A stretch of 64,000 bases of DNA from Octopus vulgaris (GCA_951406725.2 OX597821.1:91202001-91266000), one strand, 5' to 3'; numbered from the stretch's first letter, positions 15,400 through 29,990 are shown. Numbers and translations: made by a program. Notes: generated from the letters alone by a model not told the origin.

Positions 15400-15783
15400 A
15401 AAGGAAATGAAGAAAATGCTGACAAATAATTGAAGTAATTTAAGTAATTTAATTAGGTGGAAGTTCTTTTTACCGGTTGCGCATTTGTTATGCTTATCAA
15501 AATATAAAAGAGCGATTAGAGTTCCTTTCTTATAGAATTTTTCCTCTTATCTGGAAAAATGTTATAAGATAAGAGGAAAAATTCTATCAGATAAGAGGAA
15601 AAATTCTATAAGAAAGGAACTCTAATCGCTCTTTTATATTTTGATAAGCATAACAAATGCGCAACCGGTAAAAAGAACTTTCACCTAATTAAATTACTTA
15701 AATTACTTCAATTATTTGTCAGCATTTTCTTCATTTCCTTTTTTATATATCACCACTCGTGTTCGACATCTCCTTTTTTTAAA
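15395..15783. mobile_element. Palindromic HHR-like element in (TA)n (arms ~15395-15553 / 15588-15748)
   Basis: Near-perfect ~160 bp inverted arms; motif TTGATAA-GCAT-AACAA-ATGC-GCAA-CCGG-TA at 15641-15670 (+) and 15471-15500 (-). Confidence 0.8.
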
Positions 15784-16267
15784 TATATATATATATATAC
15801 ATATAAATGCATATCTGTTAGCTCGCATACTATATACATATACACAGACATACATGTATGCTCTCGTGTGCACGTTATACACACACACACACACACACAC
15901 ACACAACATACGCGCGCGCACGCATATATATATTTAAAGATCCCGTCACCAGGATTAATAAAAAGAACAGAAAGCCACTGTAATATAATGGAACAAAATG
16001 AATAAAGACCATTTGTTTGTTTTTTCCAAGGAAAGCTATAATGGATCTTACGCAATAGATCAGGTTATGTTACTTATACTTGATACCTTCAGAAACCAGA
16101 TCATTTTACATTAATGATTCCAGCATAGCTCACTTAACAACTTCTTATAACATAAGTGTCCAGTCTATAGACGTATTACAAAAGGTATTTAGCAGGAATA
16201 GTTAAAAATGATAATTATTGCCACCAACTTTCTTTAATAAACGATAATTTAAAACGTTGGCAAGAGT

Positions 16268-16425
16268 CAGGCGTGGCTGTGTGGTTAGTAGCTTGCTAAC
16301 CAACCACATGGTTCCGGGTTCAGTCCCACTGCGTGGCATCTTGGGCAAGTGTCTTCTGCTATAGCCCCGGGCCGACCAATGCCTTGTGAGTGGATTTGGT
16401 AGACAGAAACTGAAAGAAGCCTGTC

Positions 16426-16499
<74 letters not shown>

Positions 16500-16712
16500 C
16501 TGTGTTTGTCCCCCTAGCATTGCTTGACAACCGATGCTGGTGTGTTTACGTCCCCGTCACTTAGTGGTTCGGCAAAAGAGACCGATAGAATAAGTACTGG
16601 GCTTACAAAAAGAATAAATCCCGGGGTCGATTTGCTCGACTAAAGGCGGTGCTCCAGCATGGCCGGAGTCAATTGACTGAAACAAGTAAAAGAAAAGAAA
16701 GAAAAAAGAAGA
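16268..16712 (+). mobile_element. SINE family A, near full length
   Basis: Same head, body and tail as 5355 and 26671. Confidence 0.92.
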
Positions 16713-16979
16713 AAGTCACCAATACAGAAAGCAAAATGAGAACCTTATACAGATACACAAAACTTCCAGGCAAACTTCAACCATAAATAGGAATCTTGCT
16801 GATGGAATAAGGAGAGCTCCTGATCATTCTTGGAGAAAATTTTTACGAGACACTACTTCTTCTATGTTGATGAGGTAGCTTCAGTGAGAAGCTAGTGTTC
16901 AAGAGAGCTCCAAACATATATACCAGAAAAGAATTGTAGTATAGTTTAATCTGTTTTTCAATATGTATGTAAATTAAAA

Positions 16980-17270
16980 AGACTCCCTTCGATCATGAAT
17001 AACCATAATATTGCACCTAGAGAGTTACCCTACGAGGCACCGGTCCGGGAAAGGTTGCTTGAAGACCAGCAGTCGCCCAAGCATACCAATCTCCCTTCTC
17101 CACGCCACTGATGTTACCCAAAGGAAAGGCCAAAACTGATACAGTTTGGCACAAGTGACGTTGCAACTCATTTATACAGATGAGTGAACAGGAGCAACGT
17201 GAAATAAAGTGTCTTGCTCAACAACACAACACACATCCTGGTCCGGGAATCGAACTCACAACCTCAAGAT
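16980..17270 (-). mobile_element. tRNA-derived SINE, family D
   Basis: Minus GTTCGATTCCCGGACC box B; GAGCAACGTGAAATAAAGTGTCTTG shared with 19655-19925 and 37330-37650. Confidence 0.75.
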
Positions 17271-17324
17271 AACAATTGTTTTTATACCCATAATTCATAG
17301 TCAACTATTCCTGCCTGGACAATA

Positions 17325-17462
17325 CCTATTTCTTTATTACCCACAAGGGGCTAAACACAGAGGGAGCAAACAAGGACAGACATAGGTATTAAGTCGATTA
17401 CATCGACCCCAGTGCGTAACTGGTACTTAATTTATCGACTCCGAAAGGATTCGACCCCGAAA
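17325..17462 (-). mobile_element. SINE family B fragment
   Basis: Reverse complement of the 12.7 kb module; CTGCCTGGACAATACC repeated on both sides (17311, 17467), possible TSD. Confidence 0.75.
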
Positions 17463-18056
17463 GTATCTGCCTGGACAATACCATTTGTCAGTACACATGT
17501 TACGGCCGAAAGCATGTGCACTCACCCAAGAATGATCATGTCTTTCCGAAGCGGTGAAATGCCAAGTATATTTTGAAATAAATTACGTTACTTTCTACGT
17601 AAAATTTGAAATTTCAACAACTAAGTGCGTTCAATCAAATCAAGAATAACAGAAAATCTCTGTCACAATTTGGTTAGAAACCTAGGGACCAATGTATAGC
17701 AAGTCCTCCAGTGATTTTGAAGCACTCTCAATGAATCCATACTACAAACTTCATTGTATCACAAATTGTAGTTTTTGTTCAAAGTGAAAAATATTCCAGA
17801 TATTAAAAGAGCGACCGTTGTTACTAAATTACAGAGTGTTTCTAACTACTATCACCCGAAGAGTTTTCTCCGATAATGATACATGAATGTTTGATCCATG
17901 GTTCCCCAATTCAAATGTGTAGCATTGTTGGCCCTTGATTACAACAAATTTGAATGGACGGCTTTCCATACATTATAGACGTCCAGTTAGCAATATTTAT
18001 TTATTGAAGATGTTATTGCTGTCAAATTAATATCTTAATATTTTCTTTAATCAGAG

Positions 18057-18548
18057 ATGCGAGCTGGCAGAAGCGTTAGCACCCCGGGCGAAATGCTTTG
18101 CGGTATTTCGTCTGCCGTTACGTTGTGAGTTCAAATTCCGCCGAGGTCGACTTTACCTTTCATCCTTTCGGGGTCGATAACCTAAGTACCAGTTAAGCAC
18201 TTGTTCGATGTAATCGACTTAATCCGTTTGTCTGTCCTTGTTTGTCCCCTCTATGTTTAGCCCCTTGTGGGTAGTAAAGAAATAGGTATTTCGCCCGTCG
18301 CTATGCTCTGAGTTAAAATTCCGCCGAGGTCGACTTTGCTTTTCATCCTTTCGGAGTCGATAAATTATGTACCTGTTGCGTACTGGCGTTGATCTAATCG
18401 ACTGGCTCCCTCCTCAAATATTTTGGGCCTTGTGTCTAGGGTAGAAAAGAATATATTTTTTTTAATTCGATGAAATAAGTACCAGTCGAACACTGGGGAC
18501 AATGAAATCGACCAAACTGACGGACCTTGTGTCTATAGTAGAAATGAA
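18057..18548 (+). mobile_element. SINE family B
   Basis: GCGAGCTGGCAGAAGCGTTAGC head, GAGTTCAAATTCC box B, duplicated module. Confidence 0.88.
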
Positions 18549-19367
18549 TATTTCCTGTAATTATTTTATGGGTAGGATACATCTGCAAATTCCCACTTCC
18601 AACACCATCTCCAACATCTGCATCTATCTCACTCATTTTTCTAAACGCTGACGATGAGTGGAATTTCCACCCACTCACACCGCAGCTGACTCAAATCCGT
18701 ATCTTTCATAATAATTCAATCAGTTGAAAAGTGATGATATAAAAGATATCACTGAAATACTCCATTTGGGAACAGGGATAAAGGAATCACGTGTGAAACA
18801 TACATGAAGGAAAATCCTTGCTTCAAACAAATTATTAAGAGGTACTCGAGCATGACGTCAGCTGAGATGCTAAAAACAAACTAAAGGACATTATAACGAA
18901 ATAAATATCTAAATAATAATTTCACAATATATGTATCTGGGAAATAAACACCTGAAATTTCTAAGAATGGATAATGCTTTATCACTGTAATCTCAGCTAA
19001 TATGTGAATGCACAACAAATATATCTTTAATTAATTCTTCAGCACGGAAATATATTTAGTTCTACAGTAAAGTAATTTTAAGATTAAAATCGGAAAATGA
19101 AAGAAAATGTGAGAGACGGATGGAGAAGCAGGGAAACAGAGCATGCGTTTCATTAACGATTGCACATTGAATATTTGTTGAAATTTTACTATTACAATAT
19201 ATATATTATTCTTTTTAAATATGTATGTATATATATGTATGCATGCATACATACATTATATATGTATATGTGTGTGTGTATGGATAGTATGTGTATAACG
19301 TCGTATATGTATCGATTGCTATTTCCAGTAACCATTGGTGCTTTGTTGTACCACTACTCTCTCTCTC

Positions 19368-19594
19368 TCTGGCGACTGAAGAAGGGTTTTTTTCCTTGTG
19401 TTATTTGTCCTGTACTCTATTTTTTTTTGTTGTTTAAGAAAAATGTCCACTTCCTTGCGTTTGTGTCTATGTTTTCGTTTCTCATTGTGTTCGACGTTTT
19501 TTTTTTGGTGTCCTGTACTCATATATGCCTGTATATATACATGTAGAGGTAGGTACGTACATATATGTATATATATAGGCATATGTTTTATTTA

Positions 19595-19598
<4 letters not shown>
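19368..19598 (-). mobile_element. (TA)n-adjacent repeat, family F
   Basis: Reverse complement of 21540-21776 and 41500-41730. Confidence 0.85.
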
Positions 19599-19632
<34 letters not shown>

Positions 19633-19654
19633 TTGATTGATTGATTGATTTTTG

Positions 19655-19925
19655 GACCGGGTTGTGTGTTGTGTTATTGAATAAGACACTTTATTTCACG
19701 TTGCTCCAGATCACTCATCTGTAGAAATCGGTTGCCACATCACTGGTGCCAAGTTGTATCGACCCCTTTGCCTTTCCCTTGAATAATACCGATGGCATGG
19801 AAGAGGGGAGGCGTGTATGCATGGGTGACTGCTGGTCTTCCATAAACAACTTTGCCTGGACTTGTGCTTCGGTGGGTTAACGTTCTAGGTGCAATCGCAA
19901 GGTCATTCATGAACGAAGGGAGTCA
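19655..19925 (+). mobile_element. SINE family D
   Basis: Reverse complement of 16980-17245. Confidence 0.72.
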
Positions 19926-20041
19926 TTACCATTATATATATATATATTGTTTTTTGTTTTTTAAAGTTTCAGCACAGAGCTACGGCCATGCTGATGCACC
20001 GCCGTTTTACGCAACACTGTTATTACTAGGAGCCTCTTCTA

Positions 20042-20207
20042 ATATGTGACACTGGATGAAGAATGGAGTTTGATATAGCTACCCTCATTTGCACCTCTTG
20101 CCGTGAGGTAGGTCCATCTGGGACTCTTGACAGGAAGAGGTCCAGCCTTGATTTTAAAAACCCTACATCTACTTTGCGCAAGTTCCTCAGACTCTTTGGG
20201 AGAATAT
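20042..20207 (-). mobile_element. CR1/L2-like LINE 3' end
   Basis: ILPKSLRNL...[17 protein letters not shown]...SNSI resembles CR1-clade ORF2 C-terminus. Confidence 0.6.
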
Positions 20208-20224
20208 ATACATGCATACATACA

Positions 20225-20260
<36 letters not shown>

Positions 20261-20267
20261 TACGTAC

Positions 20268-20347
<80 letters not shown>

Positions 20348-21151
20348 GTATGGAATGTGTATATGATGTGAGACTAGTAAACAATTCTAGTGCCACAGAG
20401 AGATTCTCGCTTTTGTGCATTCTTTCAAGTAGTGTAAAAATTACTTTAGATGTAGTTGCTTGAAATAACATATCAGAATGGGAGACCGAGCAATCACAGA
20501 ATTGCTTGTCACAATGTCCAATAATTACAATCCATACAAGTGCTTAATATTCTTCGCCTCGTATTTTAAACAAAAACACTCAACCATATTTTTGTACCTA
20601 TCTGGGACTTTCAACAGATAAATTTAGAATACCTTCTCTTTGCAAGCGCAGCTTCACTGAAGAGATGCAATACGCCCAAAATATGTTCAGAGTTCTCTAC
20701 CATAATTTCGGAAATAATAGAAATATTACTAACCGGTGACAAATTTTAATGCAAACTTAACGCTTCATTTTTTTCCACTTAGTTAACATTTAGATACATT
20801 TTCTGTTAAATATTTTGTCACGTATTTTAACACTCACTTGTTTTCTGCGTATATAACATATAAGAGAAATTTATGGAGGGAATATTTCTAAATATTTATG
20901 CCTTTGAGTTGAATGACAATTGCAGAAAAAAACATTGAACAAAAATGAAAATGTATAAGAGAAATATATAGTAGATTTACACGGTTGAAAATGTAGTAAA
21001 TTAAATTGATATGTTACAGGAGAAATAAAGAAAACTATAAAAGCATTTATAACTATTGTTGAAACATTTTCTGAGTGCTGACAAAGTAGAACACCTCATT
21101 TGAATTTTTCAATGCTCAACGTGATAAGAATTATTTTATGAATACACTCAC

Positions 21152-21209
<58 letters not shown>

Positions 21210-21529
21210 CCGCGCACGTGGCAGTAGGTGTGCTTGTATATGTGCGTGTATGTATGTGTATATGTGTATGAATATGTGTGTAGGTATACAGTCTTAGTAC
21301 AGACTATATGTTGAATCTTTGTGCCCTCCGCCCGCTTAGATGAATTTCTCGCTTAGATGAAGTAGTTTTGCGCTGCCTACGTTTAGCGTACTTGTATCTA
21401 TTATATTATGTATAATTTACTGGAGTAGCTACTCGGTTTTTCTCACGCTCGCTATTTTATCTGTCTCTTTTACCGAACAACTAAGTTACGGAAGCGTAAA
21501 CTTACCTAATACGTACAGACAAAGTTATA

Positions 21530-21809
21530 TATATATATATATTTATAAATTAATAAATAAATAAAACATATGCATATATACATACATATATGTACGTACC
21601 TACCTCTACATGTATATATACATGCATATATGGGTACAGGACACCAAAAAACAGCCGAACACAATGAGAAACGAAAATATAAACACAAAACCAAGGAAAT
21701 AGACATTTTTCTTAAACAACGAAAAAATAGAGTACAGGACATACAAAACAAGGAAAATTCCCCTTCTTCAGTCGCCTTTGCTTCATCTACTCCACGTTTC
21801 GAAAGGTAA
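21530..21809 (+). mobile_element. Family F repeat
   Basis: High identity to 41495-41760. Confidence 0.85.
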
Positions 21810-21870
21810 AATTAATTAATTAATAATTAACAATTTTACCAAGTAGTTCGGCATGTTAAAAGAACCATTA

Positions 21871-22115
21871 TCGGTAAACTTAAACAAAAATTCTTATAAT
21901 TATGAGTATAATTATAATTAGGGTTCAGTAAAAAGTTTACTGCACCACATACCGAAATTTAGAAATAGCAGCCAAAACTAGCTATTTCCTTGGGAAATTT
22001 TCTTATGGTAGGGAAATAGCTAGTTTTGGCTGCTATTTCTAAATTTTGGTATGCGGTGCGGTAAATTTTTTACTGAACCCTAATTATAATTATACTCATA
22101 ATTATAAGAAATTTT

Positions 22116-22120
<5 letters not shown>
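21871..22120. repeat. Palindrome, ~109 bp arms (21871-21979 / 22012-22120), adjacent to (TA)n
   Basis: TAAACAAAAATTCTTATAATTATGAG...AGCAGCCAAAACTAGCTATTTCC mirrored with few mismatches. Confidence 0.9.
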
Positions 22121-22175
<55 letters not shown>

Positions 22176-22214
22176 GCATACATATATACATACATACATA
22201 CATACATACATACA

Positions 22215-22248
<34 letters not shown>

Positions 22249-23048
22249 CATGCGTATATGTATACGATAGGCTTTTTTCAGTTTCCGTCTATCAAATCCA
22301 CTCACGCGGCTATAGTAGAAGACACTTACACAAAATGTCATGCAGTAAGACTAAATTCAAAACTATGAAGTCGCGATGCAAATTCCTTACCAAACAGCCA
22401 CACCAAACTTAATGCATAAACAATGTGTTTGAATTAAGTATGATTCATAGATGGCTATTTGTATTTAATACTACGTCAGCACTGTAAGCCAGATTTTTAT
22501 TCAGCCGAGCGTCTTTTCAGTACATCACTTTTACCCATATGAGCGGCGACGAATTCTTATTCGCGCATGTGACTGGTTAACTGCGTGTACGCGCCATTGA
22601 AAAGTACCCGCAAAAGCCATGATGCATTTAACCTTCTCACTAGCCGCGACGAAGACCAGCTTTCCTCTCTTTCTGCTAGATATATACTGTATTTAACACA
22701 GCACATCCATAAAAGATATCATCTTAGGACAAATACTCTGCAGTAAATGGCCTATTAGCAGTGTTTATACATGAATCATAATATACAATTGTTTAAATTA
22801 TGTGTGCGTGTGTGTGCGCGCGTACACATGTATGTATATTCATAAATGTATAAGACAAAATTTCATTAGAATTTACAATAGAATCGAATTCTATATGTAA
22901 TTGAAGTTGCAAGATTTACAAAATGTAAAATGTATCACGAGAACATATATATATATATATATATATATAATTCCAGCACTAGTATCACCTTATATTTTTC
23001 TACTATACGTTTCGTTTTACACTAAGCATCCATACAAAGAAAAAATAT

Positions 23049-23441
23049 TTATATATAAAAGTGAAGTTGTGTGTCTGTCTCCTACGATTTAAATTCCTAA
23101 CTACTCCCACATTTTGCGGTTCCGTTTAACCAAAACCGGGTATCTTATAGTCGTGATTCATATCGAGCCCTTCTGGGTATTAGCGCGCGTCTACGATGAG
23201 TCTACGATTTTAAAAAAAAATTACCATCATTTTTTTCCATTTTAATGCATTTTTTCGCTATTATATAAGGGAAGTAACTCTCTAAAAATGTCAACGATGA
23301 GTCAACGATTTTTAAAAAAATTACCATCATTTTTTTTCCATTTTTAATGCATTTTTTGCTATTTTTTAGCTATAACTCTCTAAAAATGCTTATACAGTTA
23401 TTTCCCTTACAAACCCGAGCAACGCCGGGCGATACTGCTAA
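23049..23441 (+). mobile_element. Non-autonomous Helitron-like element
   Basis: 5' ATATATAAAA..TGTCTGTC, internal ~90 bp duplication, 3' hairpin CCCGAGCAACGCCGGG followed 8 nt later by CTAA (CTAG-like). Confidence 0.7.
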
Positions 23442-23940
23442 TACTTTATAAATCCCGACAGGTATCTATTTTTGCAACAAATTGCTGAAATTAGAACGAA
23501 ACATCTTCAAGTGATAACACAGAAAGAACAAGAAACAAAATTACGAATTGTATAATGGAGGTCAGACTGTGTGTTTCGGTAACCTGCGGTGAGTAGCAGG
23601 AACTTCCGAATAATGTTTCTTGTCAGGCTTATGTATAAAGCAACTTACTTACTAAACCGAAGAATATACTGTAAGAATTTGAATGAAAAAAAAATCTCAA
23701 CTTATCGTTGTGCTTATTGAACTATAAAATGCAAATATACAATCGAATTGAAAACATATTCTACGTGTAACTGACTTAGAAAAGTTATCAGAGCTAGATA
23801 AACACTCTGGAGAAACGGTATGCTGACTGCCAGCGCTAATATAATTTAATTGTTCAAAGAGTTTTAGTCATCTCATCAAATGTGCGCATACAAACAGAAA
23901 ATTATCTAAACATGCATAAAAGTATATGTGTATGTGTATT

Positions 23941-23994
<54 letters not shown>

Positions 23995-24110
23995 AGTGTG
24001 TGTGTATATACTTTTATGTATGTATATATGTATAAAAATATGTTTATGCATATGTGTATGCATGTATACATATGTATGTGTTTATTTATATGTACATACA
24101 CACTATGCAT

Positions 24111-24178
<68 letters not shown>

Positions 24179-24809
24179 CTATGTGTTCGTGTATGTGTGT
24201 GTGCGTGCGTGTGTTTATGTGAGTGTGAGTTCAAGTTTTACTTGTTCTGAGATTGTGTTGTGAAAATGAAACAATTACATCGTTGCAGTCATAACAAAAT
24301 TTTAAGATAGACTTATTCTCATTAAAAACATTGTTTTATAGTACTGTATAACTAATAAAAAAAATATTCTGCTGCATAAACATACATGACCTGGCCACAA
24401 ACAATTCCACAGTATCTACTGAAAGTCAGCTGTCTGCCAGTTCTTTTACGGTCCTAGCGGATATTTACCTGTTCTCTTGCCTTTTCGTTTCATTACTTGT
24501 TTATTGCTTTAGAATACTTTCTAAATTTTTAAAATCAAATCAGGGTACTCAATGTCTTGTACGCTTTAGTGTGATATATAAAGTTATTCTTCTCTGAAGA
24601 AAGCCACTAAGGTGATAGTCATGGCAGCTGAAACCAACTCAAGTATGGTGTGGTTGCTAAAGTGAACGCGAATGGCAGCCTTCTTCAGACGAAAGCCAAT
24701 TCAGTTCTTGCTATCTCACTTAGATGAGGAGTGCAGGTTAAGCGATGAAGCACTTATAAGCCTGACACACCTGCCAAAGTTACGGATGTCCAGCAATCCT
24801 TTTTTTTAT

Positions 24810-25002
24810 TGGAACAGGACTTGAAATTTAGGGTGGTGTGGACAAGTCGATTACACCGTCGCCAGTGCTCGACTGATATGTATTTTTATCGAACCCGAAA
24901 GGAAGTCGACCACAGCGGTATTTGAACTCAGAACTTAAAGACGGATGAAGTGCCACTAAGCACTTTGCCCGGCGTGCTAACGATTCTGTCAGCTCGCCGC
25001 CT
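24810..25002 (-). mobile_element. SINE family B
   Basis: Minus GGCGGCGAGCTGACAGAATCGTTAGCACGCCGGGC head. Confidence 0.8.
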
Positions 25003-26670
25003 GTGTTATTACCAGCAATACGAATGATTTAGTGCACTATCAGAAGAAATGCTTACAATATTAAGTATATCCTTTAGTTTCCGCGTGGAAAAAAGCATCT
25101 CTGGTGTTTATATCAACTGTCTTTAAGCTGTCACCTTGGACAGTCATTTGCCTGTAGAGTATACTTTTGGTATGGAATTTTAGAATTCTTCCAATATATT
25201 CCGTAGTCCAACTTTATTGTGTTTTTATGGTGATGGCCTGTTTTTCGAAATTTCCATTCCTTGGATTTACTGTAAGTTTCACTTTAACTCATTTGACTAC
25301 TTTTCATTTATCTTCCTTCAACGGCAGTGAATTGGCAGAGTTGTTGGAGCATTAGAACACCTTGTACGTATTTGTTCCAACTGTCTGAATTCAAATTCCG
25401 CGAAGATCAATTTATTTTTCATCAAAAGGCATAGTCAGTAAATTTTCAGTAACGTTTAGAGTATCAGTACAAAATCAAGTCACTTTCATCATTGTAATTT
25501 TCTTTTCTTTTTTTTTTCTTTTTCGCTTTTTTATTCGCAGAAAAAATCAATCCTCTATAAGTTCTTGAACATTTATGTATTCATTGTAATAGGTTCGCCT
25601 TTAGGATCTATTTTAACTGGATTACCAGAAATATTTTCTTGGAAGTTAGTCTGCATCTGGCAAACCATAACAAACTGTCGAAAGTTGAATACACTTACTA
25701 AATGAACGGGTTATCCAGTGCGCATAACATATCATTAATGGAATCGATTTCTGAAGTCTTTTCAGTGGTTATTGTTTCTCTTCTGCGATTTAGAAAATCT
25801 TCAATAGGATCATCTATCGCATAACAACAGATTGTGCAAATTTAGAGGCTCAAAGGAAGAGCAGAAATGAAGAATTTTAACCTTTATTTCCTGAACTTTT
25901 CTGAAGACTGATTCAGTGCAGTTCCATTCATGTACATTTACCGTTTTCGGTCATTACTTCGCAAGATTGTTTAGAACTTTCGCTGGTTACCTTGTCGACC
26001 GCATGAAAGTTCTCAATAGTTGTCGCTCCTGTGCTGCAGTGATGAAGTAATATTTTCAAATAGAAACGTTTTCCGGTGCTGGACGGTAAATGTATCAATG
26101 GTTTCTATCTATGGTTTCTGGTACTCCTTCTGGCCGTCTAGTCCTTCTCCACCTACTCTTATTCGGTGACTTTTATGTATAATGTTCAAAGGAGTTGCAA
26201 TATAGAGTATTTCTTGTTTCTGGTTCTTCGGTGTTTTTATCAAAATAAGCCTAGAGATTAGTTGAATGACCTTGTTGAATAATGCATTTTCTGCATTATT
26301 GGGATAAGAATTACTAGTTGATTGGTCTTACGAATCTGAATTCCTTTTGGAGATTATTTTTTTTCAAAGATTCAACACGATTCAGATGATTGAAGAAACC
26401 TGCAATTTTCATATTTAATGATTTAATCTTGCTGATCTGCATTACAAATAAATAGATGGACTTGTTCTTGATTTCTTTTTATAAGATTATAAAATAGCAT
26501 GTACGTTTGAATATGTATTTATATAGAATGTATATAGATATTTGATAGCTTTAACAGATGCGCGCTATACAAATGTAATGTAAGCTTCATATTTTTAAGA
26601 TGATCACTCATTGTAGGGAACTCCATGTTGATTATCAAGATCAATGTCCCTATTTAGAGACATTGATCTT

Positions 26671-27056
26671 GGCGCAGGAGTGGCTGTGTGGTAAGTAGCT
26701 TGCTTACCAACCTCACAGTTCCAGGTTCAGTCCCACTGCGTGGCACCTTGGGCAAGTGTCTTCTACTATAGCCTTGTGAGTGGATTTGGTAGACGGAAAC
26801 TGAAAGAAGCCCGTCTTAATATATATGTGTGTGTGTGTTTGTGTGCCTGCGTTTGTCTCCCCAACATCGCTTGACAACCGATGCTGGTGTGTTTACGTCC
26901 CCGTTACTTAGCGGTTCGGCAAAATAGACCGATAGGATAAGTACTAGGCTTCCAAAGAATAAGTCCTGGGATCGATTTGCTTGACTAAAAGGTGGTGCTC
27001 CAGCATGGCCGCAGTCAAATGACAGAAACAAGTAAAAGAGTAAAGAGAGAAAGAGT
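26671..27056 (+). mobile_element. SINE family A
   Basis: GGCGCAGGAGTGGCTGTGTGG head to AAGTAAAAGAG tail. Confidence 0.92.
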
Positions 27057-27934
27057 ATTTACAACATACACATGATGTTGTTGTGAGCATTACCTTCCCT
27101 CTTGACAAAAACATAAAGAAAATAATGTACTTGAAAATCATTTTAGTCTGAGTATATGGTAGATAAACAGATGAACAGGCAGTGTAACGCAGATCCTGCT
27201 ATAATATAGATTTCTAACATTAGCACAGGCTCACAAAATGTGTTGGGTGGGAATAGCTGATAATATGAACCCAGAGCTTGACTGTTACTCTATTTTATTG
27301 AACACGAAATAATAAAATGCAAAGGCAACCTTGGTAGGATTTGAACGAAAAACAGAGATATAATTAAATACTGCAGGAGATTTTATTTGGCGTTCAACTG
27401 AATCTGCCAATTCTGGTAATAATGATGTCGTAATATTGATGTTTGCAGTAAAATATTTTATGAAAAGATTAAGCAAAATTGCAAAACACTACCATTCCAT
27501 TCATGGAACAAATAATGATAGATATCGTTCAGCAAAGCAGTGTGGGGAGACAGTAAAGTCAAAGATTATCGGACTCATCAAAATTAGCCTTCATGGATAT
27601 TGAAAGTCTGAGAAATTCGAGACAGTATTTGAAACACAAAGTAAAGGTTTACTAATATATGTAGCAGAAACTAATATACTGTGCCTGTCAGTTGTAAAGC
27701 AATAGAGTTAAGTTATCATCATGCAAATATGATTTATATCATGGCATGCACAAAATAATTTTATAGTCAATCATTATTTTAACTTTGATGTGTCTGTGTG
27801 TATGAATATTTATATATATTATTGGAGCATATACAGAATTATAAATGATGTATAGGTATGTGTGTGTATAAGCATAACGAAAATATATATAAATATAAAC
27901 ACATAGGTTCCTTACAAATTCATGTACGTATGTA

Positions 27935-27983
<49 letters not shown>

Positions 27984-28003
27984 AATCATATGTGTATGCG
28001 TCA

Positions 28004-28045
<42 letters not shown>

Positions 28046-28805
28046 TGCATATTTTTGCCTATTTGTACAGACTATCATATTTGTACATAAATTTCCAAAG
28101 ATATAATTCACAGACAAACGTACATTTATGTGTATGCCTGTAAGTTTGAAAACGCTTGTGTGTGCGTGCAGAGAGCGAGAGAGGGGAGAGAGAGAAAATG
28201 AGATGCGTATGCATTAACTGTAGAATAATATATATTATGAATATACGTTATATATATATCATATACTATACATGTACATACCATATGTAATATATATATA
28301 TTAATACACACACGTAAGGATAAAATCTAAAGGCTGTTGAATATGCATGTTAACAAAGTAGTAATTATTGATGCAGATAGGCTGTGTTATAGTATTGTAC
28401 AAGGCTGTTTGTCGTTTGCCAACTATGCTTTTTGATATGTGACAATAAAAATAACGTATATTTGATGTACTTTAATCCACTAACTATAGAATGTTTGATT
28501 TGTTTATAGTGTGAATTAATATTATATTATGCGACTCTTCAGCTTTTCAGGCTTAAAATACAGTTAGACATTTGAACATATTACAAAATATTTTTCGATT
28601 TGCAGTGATAAAAAGTTATCAATTCTAAACAAGTATTCAAGATGGAGGTTTTATGAAACATTATTTTATTTGAGGAGAAAAACCACGATTTACGTTACAC
28701 TGCACATAAGCTTTTTACATGCAGTAATATATTCAAAATAATTAATTTTATAGTTTCTGATAATACTACATGTCGGCAAATATATATTAATATATTGATT
28801 TTATA

Positions 28806-28990
28806 AGTTTCGGCACAAGCCCAGCAATTTGAGAGAGTGAACAAGTCGATTACATCGACTTAAATACTCAAGTGGAACTTATTTAATCAGACCCCGAGAG
28901 GATGAAAGACAAAGTCGACTTCAGCGGAATTTTAACTCAGAATTTAAAGCGGACGAAATGCTGCTAAGTATTGCGCCCGGCGTCTTAACG
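28806..28990 (-). mobile_element. SINE family B
   Basis: Reverse complement of family B head and module. Confidence 0.78.
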
Positions 28991-29596
28991 TTTCTGCCAG
29001 CACACCGCCTTGCTTTAATATACAAATATATTAATACCCGTTGTAAACATATTAATTATATACTGAATAATTAATTTTATGGTTTCTTATAGCACTGTTT
29101 TCGAAAACCATATGCACTTTAATAAACAAGAGTACCAAGATTTTCATAAATCTATTAAAGAATGTTGATGGTGAATGAATCGTAACTTAAAATGATGTGT
29201 TGTTAACCATTTTATAACCTTGAGAGACTGAACTGTCAACTGAAAACATTTTACGCAATAAAACGCTCATTTCGAAATAAATTAATAATTCAATGAAAAA
29301 TTTATAGGGTTAAGACAATTATATGAAATCTGCTATTTTGGAATTAGCAAGGGGCTTGACCTTTTTTCATTATTGTTGTATATAATTTTCTTTCAAAATT
29401 ATGTGTTCAACAGAACAGTAATTTCGTGTTATTTCTATTAAAATCCTTAAGTGCAATTTTTAAAAATGTACTTACATTGAAACAGAATACGACAGTAAAC
29501 CAAGAAGTTTTCAATTAACTGAGTTATTGAATTGATGTTGTTGTTGTTGTTGTTGCTGGTGGTGGGGGGGGTGATGTGGTTGTTGATGTTATTAAG

Positions 29597-29810
29597 ACAG
29601 CGAGCTGGCTGAATCGTTAACACGCCGGGCAAAATACTTAGTCGCATTTTGTCTGTTTTATGATCTGAGTTTAATTCAATCGAGGTCGACTTTCAGTTTC
29701 CTCCTTTCAAGTTTGTTAAAATAAGACCCAATTCAGTACTAGGGAGATATGATTGACTAGTCACATTCCTAAAACTTCAGGCCCCCATGTTCTTATAGTA
29801 TAAAGGATTA
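29597..29810 (+). mobile_element. SINE family B, diverged
   Basis: GCGAGCTGGCTGAATCGTTAACACGCCGGGC. Confidence 0.72.
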
Positions 29811-29838
29811 AAATTACTACTACTACTACTACTACTAC

Positions 29839-29896
<58 letters not shown>

Positions 29897-29897
29897 T

Positions 29898-29990
29898 TAC
29901 CCTTATCAGACGGGTAGTCATGATGGGTATACTGGGCTTCATGTATTTTACCCCAGTGTCACTTTGATGGCATGCACTGCTCTCTCACTC

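Noticed and set aside
25500-26470. Possible ancient LINE RT on minus strand (also ~6960-7700)
   Set aside because: Only faint motif echoes; could not read a defensible alignment by eye
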